64,000 nt of DNA from Trichosphaerium sp. ATCC 40318 (taxonomy: Eukaryota; Protista; Tubulinea), in the NCBI GenBank assembly GCA_038496445.1, contig JALMLS010000541.1:200951-264950 (forward strand), in the 5' to 3' direction. The notes below the pieces were generated by a model. It saw only the letters and a program-made list of their open reading frames with translations. It did not search any database and was not told where the DNA came from. Shown here one piece after another: positions 36,650 to 50,148 of the stretch; positions within the stretch are counted from its first letter, which is position 1, and every line of letters starts with the position of its first letter. A program made the position numbers and the translations under genes.

Positions 36650-38979
36650 TGAACAACTTTGAACGTGGCTACCGCGTGTGCGCGTTCTATTACTCTCACT
36701 TGAGACTCAAAGAGCTTACGTACCTTGGTGCGCGTTGTAGGTCTGCTTTTGAGGTGTTTTTTTGGGATTAATTAAATATGTGACGCTTGACACCCAATGA
36801 CTCTTTAAGAAAACTTGTTTCATTAATGCATGTCGGTTTGGGCGGTTAACACCATTTAAAAAAAAAAAAGAGTAAACTGCAGTTTTTCGTGGGTACACAT
36901 TTATTGCAATGCCGCATTGATGTTGCTTGCATTGCAACGGTTTCACACAATGAGCTCTTATTACCTTTTTTTTATATTGTAAACGCCTGTCTTTGATGCA
37001 CAACCAAGAGATTCACAACAAAAACAAAGGTACAAACGAAGAGGTAAGCAACTAACATGTGTCAGTCCAAAAACACTCTACGGAGCGCTGGGAGTGCTGT
37101 TCATGCGTTTTTAAAAGCGTTCTCGTATATTTTTCTTTCAATACTTTTAAACCCTAATTTCGACTCTAACAGTGGCGTAAGGGCGTCCGAACATCGTTTT
37201 TACAGGCCTATAAGTACTTTTAACAACTATTGCAATTGCAGTAACCTAACCTCATGTCAAACACCCTTACAATTACAGAGTACGTAATTTAAAGTAATTT
37301 TAGATTGAATCCAACTGACACGGGTGTACAGAGTAAAGTTCAACGAAAATCACCCCAAAGACAAACGAATACGCACAAACAAATCTACGACTATAACTAT
37401 CTCGATAAAAACGGGGTTTCCTTTAACTTGCGAGCCAACTGTCCACATAAATAGTGCAACTACCACACAACCTAATGCATTCTATTTGTATTTTACAATA
37501 CCTGAAGCGCCCAAGCGCGTAGAAGAGTATTTTTCAGTAACAACTTGTCACGTGGAGAAGTGCGAAAGTCAGGAATTTACGCTTCACCTTGACTGCAAGT
37601 TTACCCTCAGTCTATCCAAGATATTTGCTAGAAGACTGTCTGGAGATGAATTTACGAGTAGGTCGAAAGGGCGGTTTGCAATGCGCTATGGAAACTGCCA
37701 GTGTAGTTCTGTGGTAAAATTGCCGCTGTATAGGACATCCTCAACGCAGGTACAGCAACGCAACGTATGCATGTTCAATTGTAAAACACAGCGATGTGTT
37801 TGATGTTTTAGTTTTTCTAACATCGATTCCTTTAGAGTTACGGTGATGCACCGTCGAGAGTACATAGAGTAAGGAAGAGAAGGACGCATAGGCACTATTA
37901 CGCCCCTTATACGCCTAGACAGCCAAGTTTTGAAGGGATTGTGTTTCACGGAGTACTACCGTCAGTGTCGATGAAAGTTGATCAGGAGACTCGCTGTCAC
38001 GTGGAGTTATCCCGGTCGATTGGCTCCGGCGAGTTTCGTGTTTGGTTTGGCTTGGGCCCTGAATACGCAAATTGCGGCCTGCCCATGAAGTTGACGGTAG
38101 AAGGCAATACTACCGTCACTTACGCACCAAAACTTGCTGATTTTGGGTTCCCTTTGTCTGAAATGGGACCTAGAGTCGAAGCTAGTATAGTTATTTATGA
38201 TCAAGATAATGCACGTATCGAGTCCACCACGAAATTTACGTATTTAAACGGTACGTACGAGAATTCTGAAAGATATTTTATTTTGCAATTACAAGTCATC
38301 AAACAAATCAAACTTTTTGATGAATTCCAGTTTTCTTTGGGTTCTTTTCGGTATCTCTAACATGTAATGTTGTAGTACCTGGAAACGGGTCTATGGTAAA
38401 TGTAACACCAGATCTTCCAGAGCAGATGGTGACTGATTTTGTTAAATTTTCTGCGGCTGTACCGAAGGACAAGCTGATTACCCTAAAAAGGGAATTATCG
38501 TCATTGAGACACCTTGACGTGTATTTGGCAAAGCACCCAGAAAGGCTCGATCTGAAGCAGAAGGATACCAAGGAATCAAACGTTCTTCACTATCTTACTG
38601 TGTTTGGATGTGCTAAAACAATAAGAAAGCTCGTGGAGCTCGGATCGTGTCCTTCTCCAACGCAACAAAATGCAAACGGCATCACACCTCTTCACCTTGC
38701 AGCGTTTGCAGGTAAGACTGAGCTAGTAGGCCTTTTTTTGAAGCAGCTCAGCAATGAGAGGATCAGCGAGCTAAAAGATTCCAATGGCAACTCGCCAAAT
38801 GACGTTGCAAAGCTATGCAAGCAGGAAAGGATTTGTGACATGGTTAACTCTTATGAGGCAAAGGTATGTCGTTTTTACAGTTTCACTTCAAAAGAAGCAC
38901 AAAATCTAAGTGTTGTAAGGAGCAATCTTCGATTCAACCATCGGCTGCGCCACAAACTACGCCCAACGCTGACAAATAG
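36650..38979 (+). CDS. IPT/TIG-like + ankyrin-repeat protein with NLS-like linker (putative transcription factor); start uncertain
   Basis: Beta-rich N-terminal domain, RVRKRR, FRVWFG...TYAP...KFTY (IPT-like), NVLHY and GITPLHLAAFAGKTELV (ankyrin). Confidence 0.65.
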
Positions 38980-39252
38980 GCCATTTTACGTTAGATTGGA
39001 AGCTCGGCCACATATCAAAGCGCGGTGATTTAGTTATTTACGCTGTAACCATTACTGTTGTTCATCTTGTTGTAAAAAAGGAAAAAAAAAAAAGAGATAA
39101 ATAACTATTAACGTTTGTTATTTATTGTTATCGGTACAAGCGATCGAATCGTTTACCTGTTGCACCGCAATTGGGAATAGGGACTGCCTTAAAGTAGACT
39201 TTTTGTTTTTTCTAAGTCTCTGCTTTGCTAATTTCGTAATGTTTCACCTGAA

Positions 39253-41966
39253 ATGAGTAACCAACTAACAACCGACCCAGCGGATGTGTACGATACGGTA
39301 AAATATCTTGGACAAGGGTCTTTCGCCAAAGTTTTCCTTGCACGCCATCGTACAACCAACCAAAAGGTCGCCATCAAAGTTATAAATCTCGAGCACGCCG
39401 AGGATGAGGTAGTTTTTTTTTTTCGATATTTGACATTTACATGCCTCTATTAACTTTGATACATGACAGATCGACGAAATACAACTTGAAGTACGCTTAC
39501 CTGCCCTTTATAAGTAAATTGATCCAAAACTACAAAATAACACCCCTTTTTTACTCTAATGCCCTACCTAAGGTTAAAACCTTGGCGTCGTTATCTTGCC
39601 CGAGTATTACCAAATATTTGGCTTCATACTTAAAACGCTCGGAGTTGTACATTGTAATGGAGTACCTTGGCGGAGGGAGCATGGAGAAGCTGGCAAGTAT
39701 TACACAGTTTGTTTTTTTTTGTTCAAGAAACCTTGCGCCCTTTTTTAGTTGTTAGTTTCGAGCACGTTTAGTGTCCTTGTATTATTAATTAGGTTTTAGT
39801 TAAAACCTGGCCCTCTATCCGAAAATCAACTTTCGCTTGTCTTGTACAATTTATTAAAAGCGTTAGAGTACATCCACGAACGCTGTCGCATTCATCGCGA
39901 TGTCAAAGGTACAAAATGAAGATAATGAAGTGCATTTCACTGATTTTAAATAACGTAGCGAGCAACATTTTAATGAGTGAGAACGGAGATGTGAAACTTG
40001 CTGATTTTGGAGTGTCTGCAGGTACATAATATTTTTGCAAAATTATATTTAAAAGGGCTACATGTCATTCAATTTAAACCAGCAAAGAAATTTGTCTTTT
40101 CTTTGGTATCTTTGTGTATAAAAATGTTAATTATTTTTAGAACTATCTGGACGCTTAGATAAACGTTACACGTTTGTGGGATCACCTTATTGGATGGCTC
40201 CTGGTATGTTTTTTTTTAAATACTGTTTTATTTTTCCTGTGGAGTGTCACGTGTAAATTTTGTGTTTAGAAATTGTGCAACAAAGTGGGTATAGTTACGG
40301 TGTTGATGTTTGGAGTTTGGGTATTACAGCGATACAACTTGCTACAGGTAAGATTTCTTTTTTTTTGTGTTTTTTTCGCTTTTATGTTGTTGTTTTTGGT
40401 TTGATGTTCCCTTCAGGTGAAGTACCTCTCAGTAATCTCGCACCTATGAAGGCATTGTTCATTATACCAAATCATCCACCACCACGGTTGGACGACCCTC
40501 ATAGTAGGAATCTACAGGTAGCTTTGAAATTATTTATTATAGCAATTGCATTATTTGTGACTGTATTGTAGGAATTTGTGGCTATGTGTTTGATTAAAAA
40601 TCCTACAGAGAGATCTACGATAGCACAGCTACTACGTACACGTTTTATAAAAGGCAAAAAGTCTAAACAAGGCGATTTGGTGTCTATTATTGAAAGGTAA
40701 CAATTTTTTTTGGACTGAAGGATTTTTGTTTGATTTCCTTGTTTCAACATGCTTTTACTGTTTATTTTGCTTGCGGGTCATTGCCGTGGTGGCCGTATGT
40801 TTGCTTGTTCAGTGTTTAAAAATTTTGTAGGTATAAGAACTGGAGAAATGGTAGAGATACTGAGAGTTCATCTGAACTTGATGGTATGTCATTCATATTA
40901 AGTTAATTATTCTGACGTGTTTGTTGTAGTTGGTGATACCAACTTTTATTCCTCTGAGGAAGAACTAGACGACTGGGATTTTGATCTTGGTACTAGTGAA
41001 GATGAGGAGAAAGAATCCGCATCAAAAAAGTCAAGTAAACTAGCGTCAAAGAAGAAGGTTTGTTGTTTGGTTTTTTTTTTTCTCGACATTTTGTGTTGCT
41101 TTTTTGTACTGTTTCTGACGAGTTAATAGAAATCTAATCGACAAAGCCGAAAGAAACGTCCTCGTGGTGGAGATAAAAAGCAATATCGTAATTCAGATAA
41201 AGCTCCAGGAACACCAACAAGAGTACGACGGAATACATCACATGTTGATGAAGAAGTTGGTGAGCGAGATGGTTCACCAGATAAGACCACTGTTCGTCGT
41301 CATTCTATTGATGATGAAGTTACAGTTAGACGGAAGAATGGTACAAACCATTTCTCATACATTGTCTGAGGTACAATTATATTGACGGTTACTTTTTTAG
41401 AACGGCGTAAAAAGAGTCGAGCAAAAAGTTCGAGGCGTAAAAAGTCATCTACTGATGACGAGGCTGTATCAGGAGCTACTAATGACGTAGTCAGTAGTAA
41501 ATCTGAGATACTCAGCAGTTTGATATACCCTGCTCTTAGCAACTTGTTATCTGCAACAGGAGATATTGACACAATCAAGTACGCATGAACAAAAAAAAAA
41601 TTATGCAAAAGAAAACCACAAAAGACTTTTTTTTGTTGGCTTTTTGGTATTGTTAATGTTTCTTTTTTTTTTAGTGCTGCGGAGTCATTTAAGGCTGTAT
41701 TTGATAAATTTGAAACAGAGCATCCTGGAAAGCTATATGATCTTATAGTACAAATTCTTACAGTTATTAAACAACACAAGAAAGGAAGCCAATCACAGGC
41801 AAATAAGCAAAAAATAACGTTTCTCACTAAGGGTAACAATGGTTACTCTGTTGATGACTCTGTTGTTGGTCGTTACATTTGGCAGCGCTGGCGTAAGACA
41901 GTATCAAAGGGAGAAAAGCCCAAAAACAAGAAGAAAGTGTCATCAAATGATACCGAGGAGGATTGA
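39253..41966 (+). CDS. STE20 family GCK-III (MST3/MST4/severin kinase-like) Ser/Thr kinase
   Basis: LGQGSFAKVF, VAIKVINLEHAEDEIDEIQ, IHRDVK, DFGVS, TFVGSPYWMAPE, PMKALFIIP; C-terminal LIYPALSNL...ETEHPG dimerisation-like segment. Confidence 0.92.
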
Positions 41967-42266
41967 GAAGGTTTTTTTTTTGGTGTATTTCCTACGTCCC
42001 ACTACCATTTTTATTTGTTAAATATGGTATGTGTGACAATCTCCCATTGTAAAATGTAAATTAGGTCTTTTTGTGACATCACAGACTCAGTTTTTTTTTA
42101 ATAGTATTTCCCATTTTGTTTTTGTTCTTGAATTGATGAAGAACGTTACACTAGACAAATGAGTTTGTGGAACGAATAGCTAAGGGTTTTTGTGTTGTAC
42201 TTAACATGTAATACGTTGCTACTATTCGACCTTAGTGCTAGTAAATGTAGGGTAACCTAGATTCAC

Positions 42267-43619
42267 CTACTCCTTTTTTGCACGTGTTTTTTTTCTTTTT
42301 TTGTTTGGTTTTTGTTTTTCGGCCTTACGGGTTCTCTTTTTTGATTGATCTTCTTCTTGTACTAACACTGGTTTATAATCACTTGTAATATTTCCGTCTA
42401 TTTGTCCCATTATTATTCTATCTTCAAGGTCAACACGTTTTCCACTTGTTTTGATTTCTAAGGGCAGTGCAGTTAGCATTAAATGCAAAAAACATAGAAA
42501 ACACACTTGATTGTTTCAGAATTGTCTTAAGTCCTTTTGTTGTATATTGTTTTAGTATAAGTGCTATCTCGTACTGAAAGTACGATAGCTGGAAACAAAG
42601 ATCTACAACACTTTGTGGCAGAGGTTGATCTTTCCAAGGGATTCTATTTGCAATAACAGCTTCTGCACAAAGAACCTATAAAACAAAGTAACCCTTGAAA
42701 CACACTATGGCATTTTAACGAAGTGAAAATTTGTAAGTTTGAAGGGAGTATAGTACTCAAGATACAGTTATTTATAGGGTTTTTCGGTAGAAGGAAAGAG
42801 CTGGAGCAAAAACAAACTCAAAATATTCTTACCTTTAGTGATTTTGGGTTACCCTTTCCTACGTCCATATTATTCAAGAATCCTTGCTTTATAGAAGAAC
42901 TACGTTGTTGTGCACATTCTGCAGCTGCCGCATTTGAAGCCTTAGACATTTCGTCTATGTCCTTTTCTGAAAGCAAATCCCATCCCTTTACTATCTTTTT
43001 AGAACAATCTGTATTTCTTTGGTTTGTCATATCAACACAATGCTTTGCGTACTTGTTTAATTTCGTTGTTGTAGTAATGATACTGCGGTAAACGAACTCT
43101 TGTATCCTTGAAACACGAAAGACGATACCAAGTACTAGATCTAGAGCCCTATATTCAATTTTAAGTATCTTTTTTTTAAAAATTGTTTATTACCGTTATA
43201 CCGTATCGTAACGTGCCCTCTCCGATAAGGGCGCCACAGCAATTACATGTAGAACTTATTGCATACTGTTTCAGTATTTAACACGTGCGCGTTAACGTAC
43301 CGATTACTTTTCGCCCCTTCGAAGCGCCATACGGCTCCCTTACCACTGATCATATTTTTCAGTAACCTTACTATTAATATACCAAGATAACACGCAAATG
43401 CGGTGTAGGCTTAAGTCGCTGTCCTAAAAAAGGTATCAACATTTAAGCCGGTTAAATCAATTGTTTGTACACCAGCCAGCGCCGTAACCTGTATCTGTCA
43501 CATTTGTATCAAAGTGGAATTCTAAGTATACCAGCAAGTTGTATAAGATGATTATTGGTAGCGGAATCACAATGTGACTTTGATACGACCGTGCTAGGTA
43601 TCAATATAACGGAAGACAT
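42267..43619 (-). CDS. Protein with a PARP-type zinc-finger-like domain, BC-box-like motif, SAP-like domain and basic tail; start uncertain
   Basis: FEGAKSNRSTCNCCGALIGEGTLRYG...WYRLSCF...GWDLLSEKD; SLKVLCAEAV; YTTKGLKTILKQS.IKTSGKRVDLEDRI. Confidence 0.55.
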
Positions 43620-43801
43620 GTTTTAATGTAAAATTTAGAAACGTTTTTAAGTTTTTAATAGTTCAAGTATTTGCACCTTGCGTTTGTAAGTTTACGCGTG
43701 ACTATACAAGTGACGAGTGTTCGTTCTCGTTACTTTTTCTAAAGATGCAGTTGTTGTGGGTTATATACAAGTTTTTTATTTTACTACATTGGCATGGTGG
43801 C

Positions 43802-45654
43802 CTAGACTATTAATACAGAGTATATCATCATTAACATTGCGAAAAATACTATAAACAACAAGGTGAATACCGTCAACCGTTTGTAAAGAGCAAGTTCTTG
43901 TTGTAGTGAATCGACAGATGTTATGTAGCGCTTGAGTTGTGTTATTTCTTCTTCTTTATTTGATAGTTGTTGTAGTGTTTTATGGTGCTCCGTTTGGCGG
44001 GTATCAAGCTCCTAGGTATGGAGTTAGTGGCGTGGGTTTCAAATGCGTATTCACGTACCTTTACAGCTTCAATCAATACTGGAACAAGTTCTGAGTAATT
44101 AACACTTAATAATCCACTTGGGTCTTCTGCAACTACTTCAGGAACAACTCGTCGAACTTCCTAATATTTGCACTTAGGTCACGTGGCAATTTTCTTGATA
44201 TTTTCGTACCTGTGCAATAAGTCCTACAACGCTAGCCTTGGAATCATCATGTCTCCACCTATATGTCTTTCCGCCCAGTTGTCTTACTTTGGCCAAACCG
44301 TTTTGTAATTGTCTAACATCTTTTTTCAATCGAAGATCGCTCATTTGATGGAAAGACTGTTGAGAAAAAAATCAGTATGCAATTACATTAACGTGGCATG
44401 GCTGTTTATTTTTGCTTACCTTTGCGCGTACGAATCCATAAACGTCTAGTGAACTTGGTACTACTGCAGGAGATTCTACAGATGTGTCACGACTTTGTCC
44501 TTGAATATTTAATTTTCTTTTTTTCGCCGCTCTGTGTTCGTCAACTCTAATTCGATAGTATAAGGGTAATGATCGATATAATCAAAACCTTGATTTATCG
44601 TACCTTCGTGTACCACCGGAAGAACTTGCTGTGAATCGTACTGTGTTACCAGCGATCCTCATTGTGTCATCTTTTGATAAACATCTCAAAGAGAATTGGA
44701 ATTGTTTCAGTGCCAAGAAAAGTTTTAGGTCAACTTCAAGCGCTTTGCCATCTTCAGATACAGATACTTTCTAAAAGACTTAATTAGTCTTAATTTAAAG
44801 TTGAAGGGCGTAATTCCTCGGAAAGCATGTTTAAACAACGAATAAGGTACCTCCATGATGACGCCATCTTTCCGCGGTAGAGGATCTGATATATCAACTG
44901 TAAATACTTCGACCGTACTGGCATTGAAACCTTCATCGCATGTGCATCGCAATCGAAGACGTTTACCCTTGTTCTAATTTGTGTTAACATTGTTTACTTT
45001 TTTTTTTTCATTTCGCAAAATGTTTTCTGTTTACAGAAGCTATTAATATATCACGTGGCAAGTACCTTTGTAACTCGTAGACGTTCATCTTTTTGAACGT
45101 TATGCCATACTCCTTTACTTCCGCGAGGCTTATGACACAATGCGACGTTAATAAACGTACTACATAAAAAGTTAGTTTTTGAAGGTAATTTGTGTATCGT
45201 TTTTGGTTTGTATGCTTTTAAATCGAGTGTTTTATTTTTTATGTACGTTGATGGTCCGTTGTTCTCAGGAGGGAAAAGTTCAATAGGTGGATGGCTGGTT
45301 TGATTGGTTTGCGGGTTGTGGTGCTCTTCTGTAAACATACATTTTTGAAAGAACGAACTACATTTAGAGACTGTATTATGGTAGCTCTATATAGATATCA
45401 TGAGAAACCAATATTTTTGTTTGAATACACGTGATTTGTGAGTCTCCAAAAAAAAAAGCAAGGGTAAAAAAAAAACTGTTCTAGCTTACCGGTACGCTCG
45501 CGAAACCACGACCATGGGTGTGAAGGCTCATATTTTCAGCTAGAAAGTGGTGTCCGTCTTGATGATGGTTTTCTTCATTCAAACCATGATTTCTTGCGAA
45601 GTTTGTACCGCAGTTTGGGTCCATGCATCCGTAGTAGTGCATATCCGTTGCCAT
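43802..45654 (-). CDS. Membrane-anchored protein with peptidase S74 intramolecular-chaperone autocleavage domain (MYRF/MrfA-like layout)
   Basis: LRVTKNKGKRLRL beta domain, AAKKRK NLS, MSDLRLKKD, VGLIAQEVRRVVPEVV, VNYSELVPVLIEAVK, coiled coil, C-terminal TM LTVFTLLFIVFFAMLMMIYSVLIV. Confidence 0.85.
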
Positions 45655-45946
45655 CTATACCAATGTCAACTGTTGGTGAAATCAAAACAAAAAAAGTAAC
45701 GTTTAGATTAGCGATTGCATTAGCGTAACGATGATTACACCTGTACAAGCTTTTAAAAGCCTAGCGTAAAACAAGGTGGCAATTGTAACAGTTTAATCAA
45801 CGACTAACTGAAACAGTCGCTAGTTTGCAGCTATAGCTTGGTGAGGATGTTTTTATTATTCGTACTTGTTGTGGAATCCGTGGTAGTTGCTTGGTGTTTA
45901 ATATAGTTGATAAGATTATGAGATTATGCGAGACTAATAAGAATTC

Positions 45947-48900
45947 TCAATTTTTTTCGGACTTTTTTTTGAAAATGCCTTTTTGGATCGCGGCAAAAAA
46001 AAAAGTCATATTTCTCATCTTGTCAGTTCCCTTTCGTACTCCCAATCCATTCAGTACTAATGCATGTATATATAAGGGTGTTGCATATAGTGTCAGGTCT
46101 ATTAGATACTCTGTCTTTGCGCGAGAGCGCTGTTTGTGAATTTTTGAAAAAGCATATTCACAGTCTTCATGCACTGTTATATGAGGAACCCCCATAGGAA
46201 TAGGTAGAGTATGTATACGAAAATATCTTGAGAAAGCGATAGCTTCATTGGAAGACCTTGCTATGAGAAAACAGAAATGTAAGTTATTTTCGTACATCCA
46301 AAAAGCGGGGTAAGCGTTTTCAAATTTGTCCGCTAAAACCCTTTTGATATCAACAACCATACGTCATAGCAGTATTTACCCTGGAAACCCTATTTGTGAA
46401 AGGATACCATATTATAAAAATAACGGACACGTGATTCACAACTAAATATCTAAAAAAAGACCATTTCAAACATAAAAGGATAAAGCACTTGTAATACTGT
46501 GATAACAAACTGAGTAAATCCAAAAAAGCAGACTCCGTAATAAATATTAGTACAAAACTGCACGTTTTTGACGAGTGTAGCAAAGTAGTTTCGGAAGGGT
46601 GGACTGAAGTATTTCTTGTATTGCTATTTTACATTCAAAGGTACATAAGTAACATGCCAATGGAGCAAGTAGTTGTAGTTATCCGCATCACGATCGACTC
46701 TAAAAAATGCTTGATAATTCTCCCTTTTCTGTTGGTTTTCTGCTGTTTCTCTCTTTACCTGCGCTTCGTGGTAATCTCGCAGTTCTGCAAAATGTTCTTT
46801 TGATATTTTGTTGAAGAAATAGTGAGCACCCTTTAAAAAAATTGCAAGGTAAGCGGTTACAAAAAGAAATTCAAAAGGAGGCACACAAACGTTTCCCTTT
46901 ATCAAACACAATGCAGTTACCGCAGTTTTCCAAAGTGTATTCGTTAAATGAGAACACTCATGTTCACTTTCAAATAAAATAAAACAAGTTTAGTAAGCTC
47001 GAACCTGAAGTAATTTTGAACGGTCGTAAAGGTTGCTTACTAGCAGCCTTACACGTCTTTGAGAATCTCCGCGGTGCCCTTCAACAATCTTGACAATGTC
47101 TTTCTGGAACATTTTGTAAATTGCTAGCGCAGTTGCCACTGAAAAGTCTCGTCCGTAGTATAGGACGTTGTCTAGAACGCATAATGTGGTCTATGGAAAT
47201 TGTGAATTGTTGGGATTCAGAAACAACCGAACACTAAGAAAAAAACCCAATGGTAGCAGCGTCACTTACTCGGGTAGGCATTATACTACAATAACAGCAT
47301 AGCAACCAAGGTATAGACATGATAGGTAGGTAGTTGTAATTTGCGTCTTCCCTATCGTGAAGTGCGTTCCATGTGTCTGGCGCATGCTCTTCCATGAGAT
47401 GCTCTAGAACGCGTTGGTCAACCTAGAAAGCAAATTCATGTTAAAAACCCAAACTGTGTGTTAATATGTGTTATTACCCTTGCTCCCAAAAGACTCTGTA
47501 GGTAGTGGCTTGGAAGTATATTATCAATGACAGAAAGAAATATCCAAAACGCAGTTTCTTCGTCGTTTATTTCGATGAGAATCATGCCACAAATGAAGTT
47601 CATGCTTTGGGCGTAGCCTACCTTGTTTATACAGCGTTAGAGTTCGAAGATGTGCGTTGGTATGGTTATTACCTCGGGGTTATGTACTGAATAGGCGCGT
47701 AGAATCCTTCCCAAGCTGTCAACATGTATGTTAAAACTTTTATTGCCTTAAACACGTGTTAGCAACCAAAAACTAGGGTGCACGTATTCGTACCTGGATA
47801 AGTACGATGTAGATCAGTCTCAATCTCTTGACCATGTATCCTATCAGGCTCTTGTTGACAAAGCTCTTGGTAGTAGTCTCTGCCGTGCTTATCTTTCTGT
47901 TGTCTGACCTTGGCAAATATTGGCCACATCTACTTTACGTTACTTGACAAGCAACAAAATAACAATGTTACCCGCTTCCTGTACTCTGAAGGTACACCGA
48001 ATTTTTTTACCAAGTCCTCTACCTCTGTACCGCTTCTTCTACCACTAAACCCAAAAAGCTCGTCCCTACAAGTTAAATGTCACCTCTTATTGGTCACCAT
48101 CAGAGGAAAAAATGTACCAGGCTTTTCGTCTTTGGCCTAATATTTTTACATTGTTGTACTTGTTGTACAAAGCTAGCTCTTTCGCTGTCAAAGGGAATCC
48201 ATGGGAATCATGAAATTCTTCCTCAACGACGGCAACTTTTACTCTACGTTTAGCACCAAAAGCAAGCGACGGAGAACCAGAAGATAATGCGCCTTTATCA
48301 ATCATAAGCTTAACACCAGTGTTTCATTCTTACCATTTTGGTTGCTAGAAGATCTCCTCAGCGACGATTTGGAGCTGTTAGATGTATCACTGTCACTGCT
48401 TTCATCCGAATCAAAGTTAAATTCTGGGATCTGTGGCGGTGGCACACCTGGTCCTCTAGTTCATACTGTTGAGATTAAAATAATGCAAAGAGGCATACCT
48501 CTCCGTAAGCCGTCTTTCATACAATTGTAAACTCCTTTTGGCCTTGCTTTCGTGTTCTGCAATACGAGCGTCATGTATAGCTTTCCATCGCTGTTAGAGA
48601 TTAGTCACTTCGATACTGTAATAAGTGTTATGTACTTCTATTCGTTTTTGTTGAGTTTTCAAAGTTTCCTCGCCTAGTAGTGCCTCTACTTGCTCAATTT
48701 TATCTCGCACTGTCTTAACTTTATCACCTAGAGTAACAAAATGATGATTTGACATTCTATTGCAATGTTCCCTTACTCAAGACTTGCAAAGATTCTAACA
48801 TTGCAGGCAATTTGTTAACTTCTTTCGAAAATTTTACCCAAGCTGCACCAAGCACAAGTGAGCGCCCAAGAGCTTTACGTAGGACCTTGTCTGCATCTTT

Positions 48901-49923
48901 TCCACGCGTTACCAGCCTATCTGTATTTTTACACAATCTGACAGAGAGGTGATGATATCTATTTCGCAACCACAAGCCCGCAGCTAAAATGACGTTGGTT
49001 CATTTCATTGCATTTTTTTTTTATCAATTTTATATAAGCAAAAGCGCACTCAAATCGATGTTCTTTTTGTAATGAGCACTCTTTGGAGTAAGCCCACTAA
49101 AATTATCAAATGTGTTATTAGCCCAACGCCTGAACATGGATTGTTTGCTCTTCTGTTCAACCTTTTTAACAAAGTCCTCAACATGCTAGTTTTGTGTTAA
49201 AGGCTAGATCAATTATTGAAGCCAAAAATGAGTGTACCTCTTGAGTGTTAGAGTCCCATTCTTGGCCCTTAAGTGATTGTCAGTTTATATAAGTATTCTT
49301 TGGGTATCACGTGCGTGAGTTGCTACATTGACTTCTCTGCGCTCAGGTTTTGGGCTTGTGGTCACTAGAACTGGACGCTTTCTTCCAACAGCGTCCACAG
49401 AATTACGGTATACCTGTGATGTAGCATACTTCACTGGATCGACCTGATGTTGAATGTCACATTTTTCAAAAAGTCGTAGAAAGCGCGTAAAAGCAGTAAT
49501 CGCTGGCGTTTTATGTAATAATCGGAAAATTTGGAATTTACGTACATCAGGTGGTGGATTTGAAGCAGAAATGATTACAGCTGTCTTAGAAGGACCATGG
49601 ACGCCTGTGTCGTCATCTAATTATACTTAGGGAGAGTGACATCGAAAATTCTTACAGAAAAAGTTTCACTTGATATAGAGCGTACCTACTAGTACTTCAA
49701 AGTTGCCGTTGCCTTGAGGAGTAACGTGTGAAACTTTTTCAACTTGGCTCTCTTGTAATTGACGTAAGAGCTACGAATGGCGTAAGTTACAATATCCTCA
49801 CGCTGTACAAGGAACTTACGTCATCTTGGACTTCTTTATTGGCTTGTGCTTTTCTAGACGCGTTTGGAGGCGTATTTCCCTTGTATTTACGTAAGTTACA
49901 GCGTATGTGACAGTTTTTACCAT
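45947..49923 (-). CDS. Large TBC-domain Rab GTPase-activating protein; exon details and 3' part approximate
   Basis: GVPSEYRKR.W, IETDLHRTYP (Arg finger), LGRILRAYSVHNPEVGYAQSMNF (Gln finger), EETAFW; probable M|GNT start. Confidence 0.8.
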
Positions 49924-50148
49924 TTGTTTTTACAATGTCATTGGCACAAAGCAATACGCCCGTTGTACTTGAATTTAGTGGTAACGCTAACAAAAAAAAT
50001 GTACTGACTTTTTCAAACTACTTCTTGTGTTTGACACGAAATTGTTCTGGTATCCGCGGTGCACTCCATTAGTAGTAGATTTAAACCCAGTAAAGGAACA
50101 ACGGGTACATCTAACCAGCTTCAATAGCAAAAGGAAAGAAAGTTTATT

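Noticed and set aside
46398-46408. Second U12 donor (GTATCCTTT, minus strand) in the TBC gene
   Set aside because: No CCTTAAC-type branch site downstream; it appears to lie near the 3' end of an ordinary intron.
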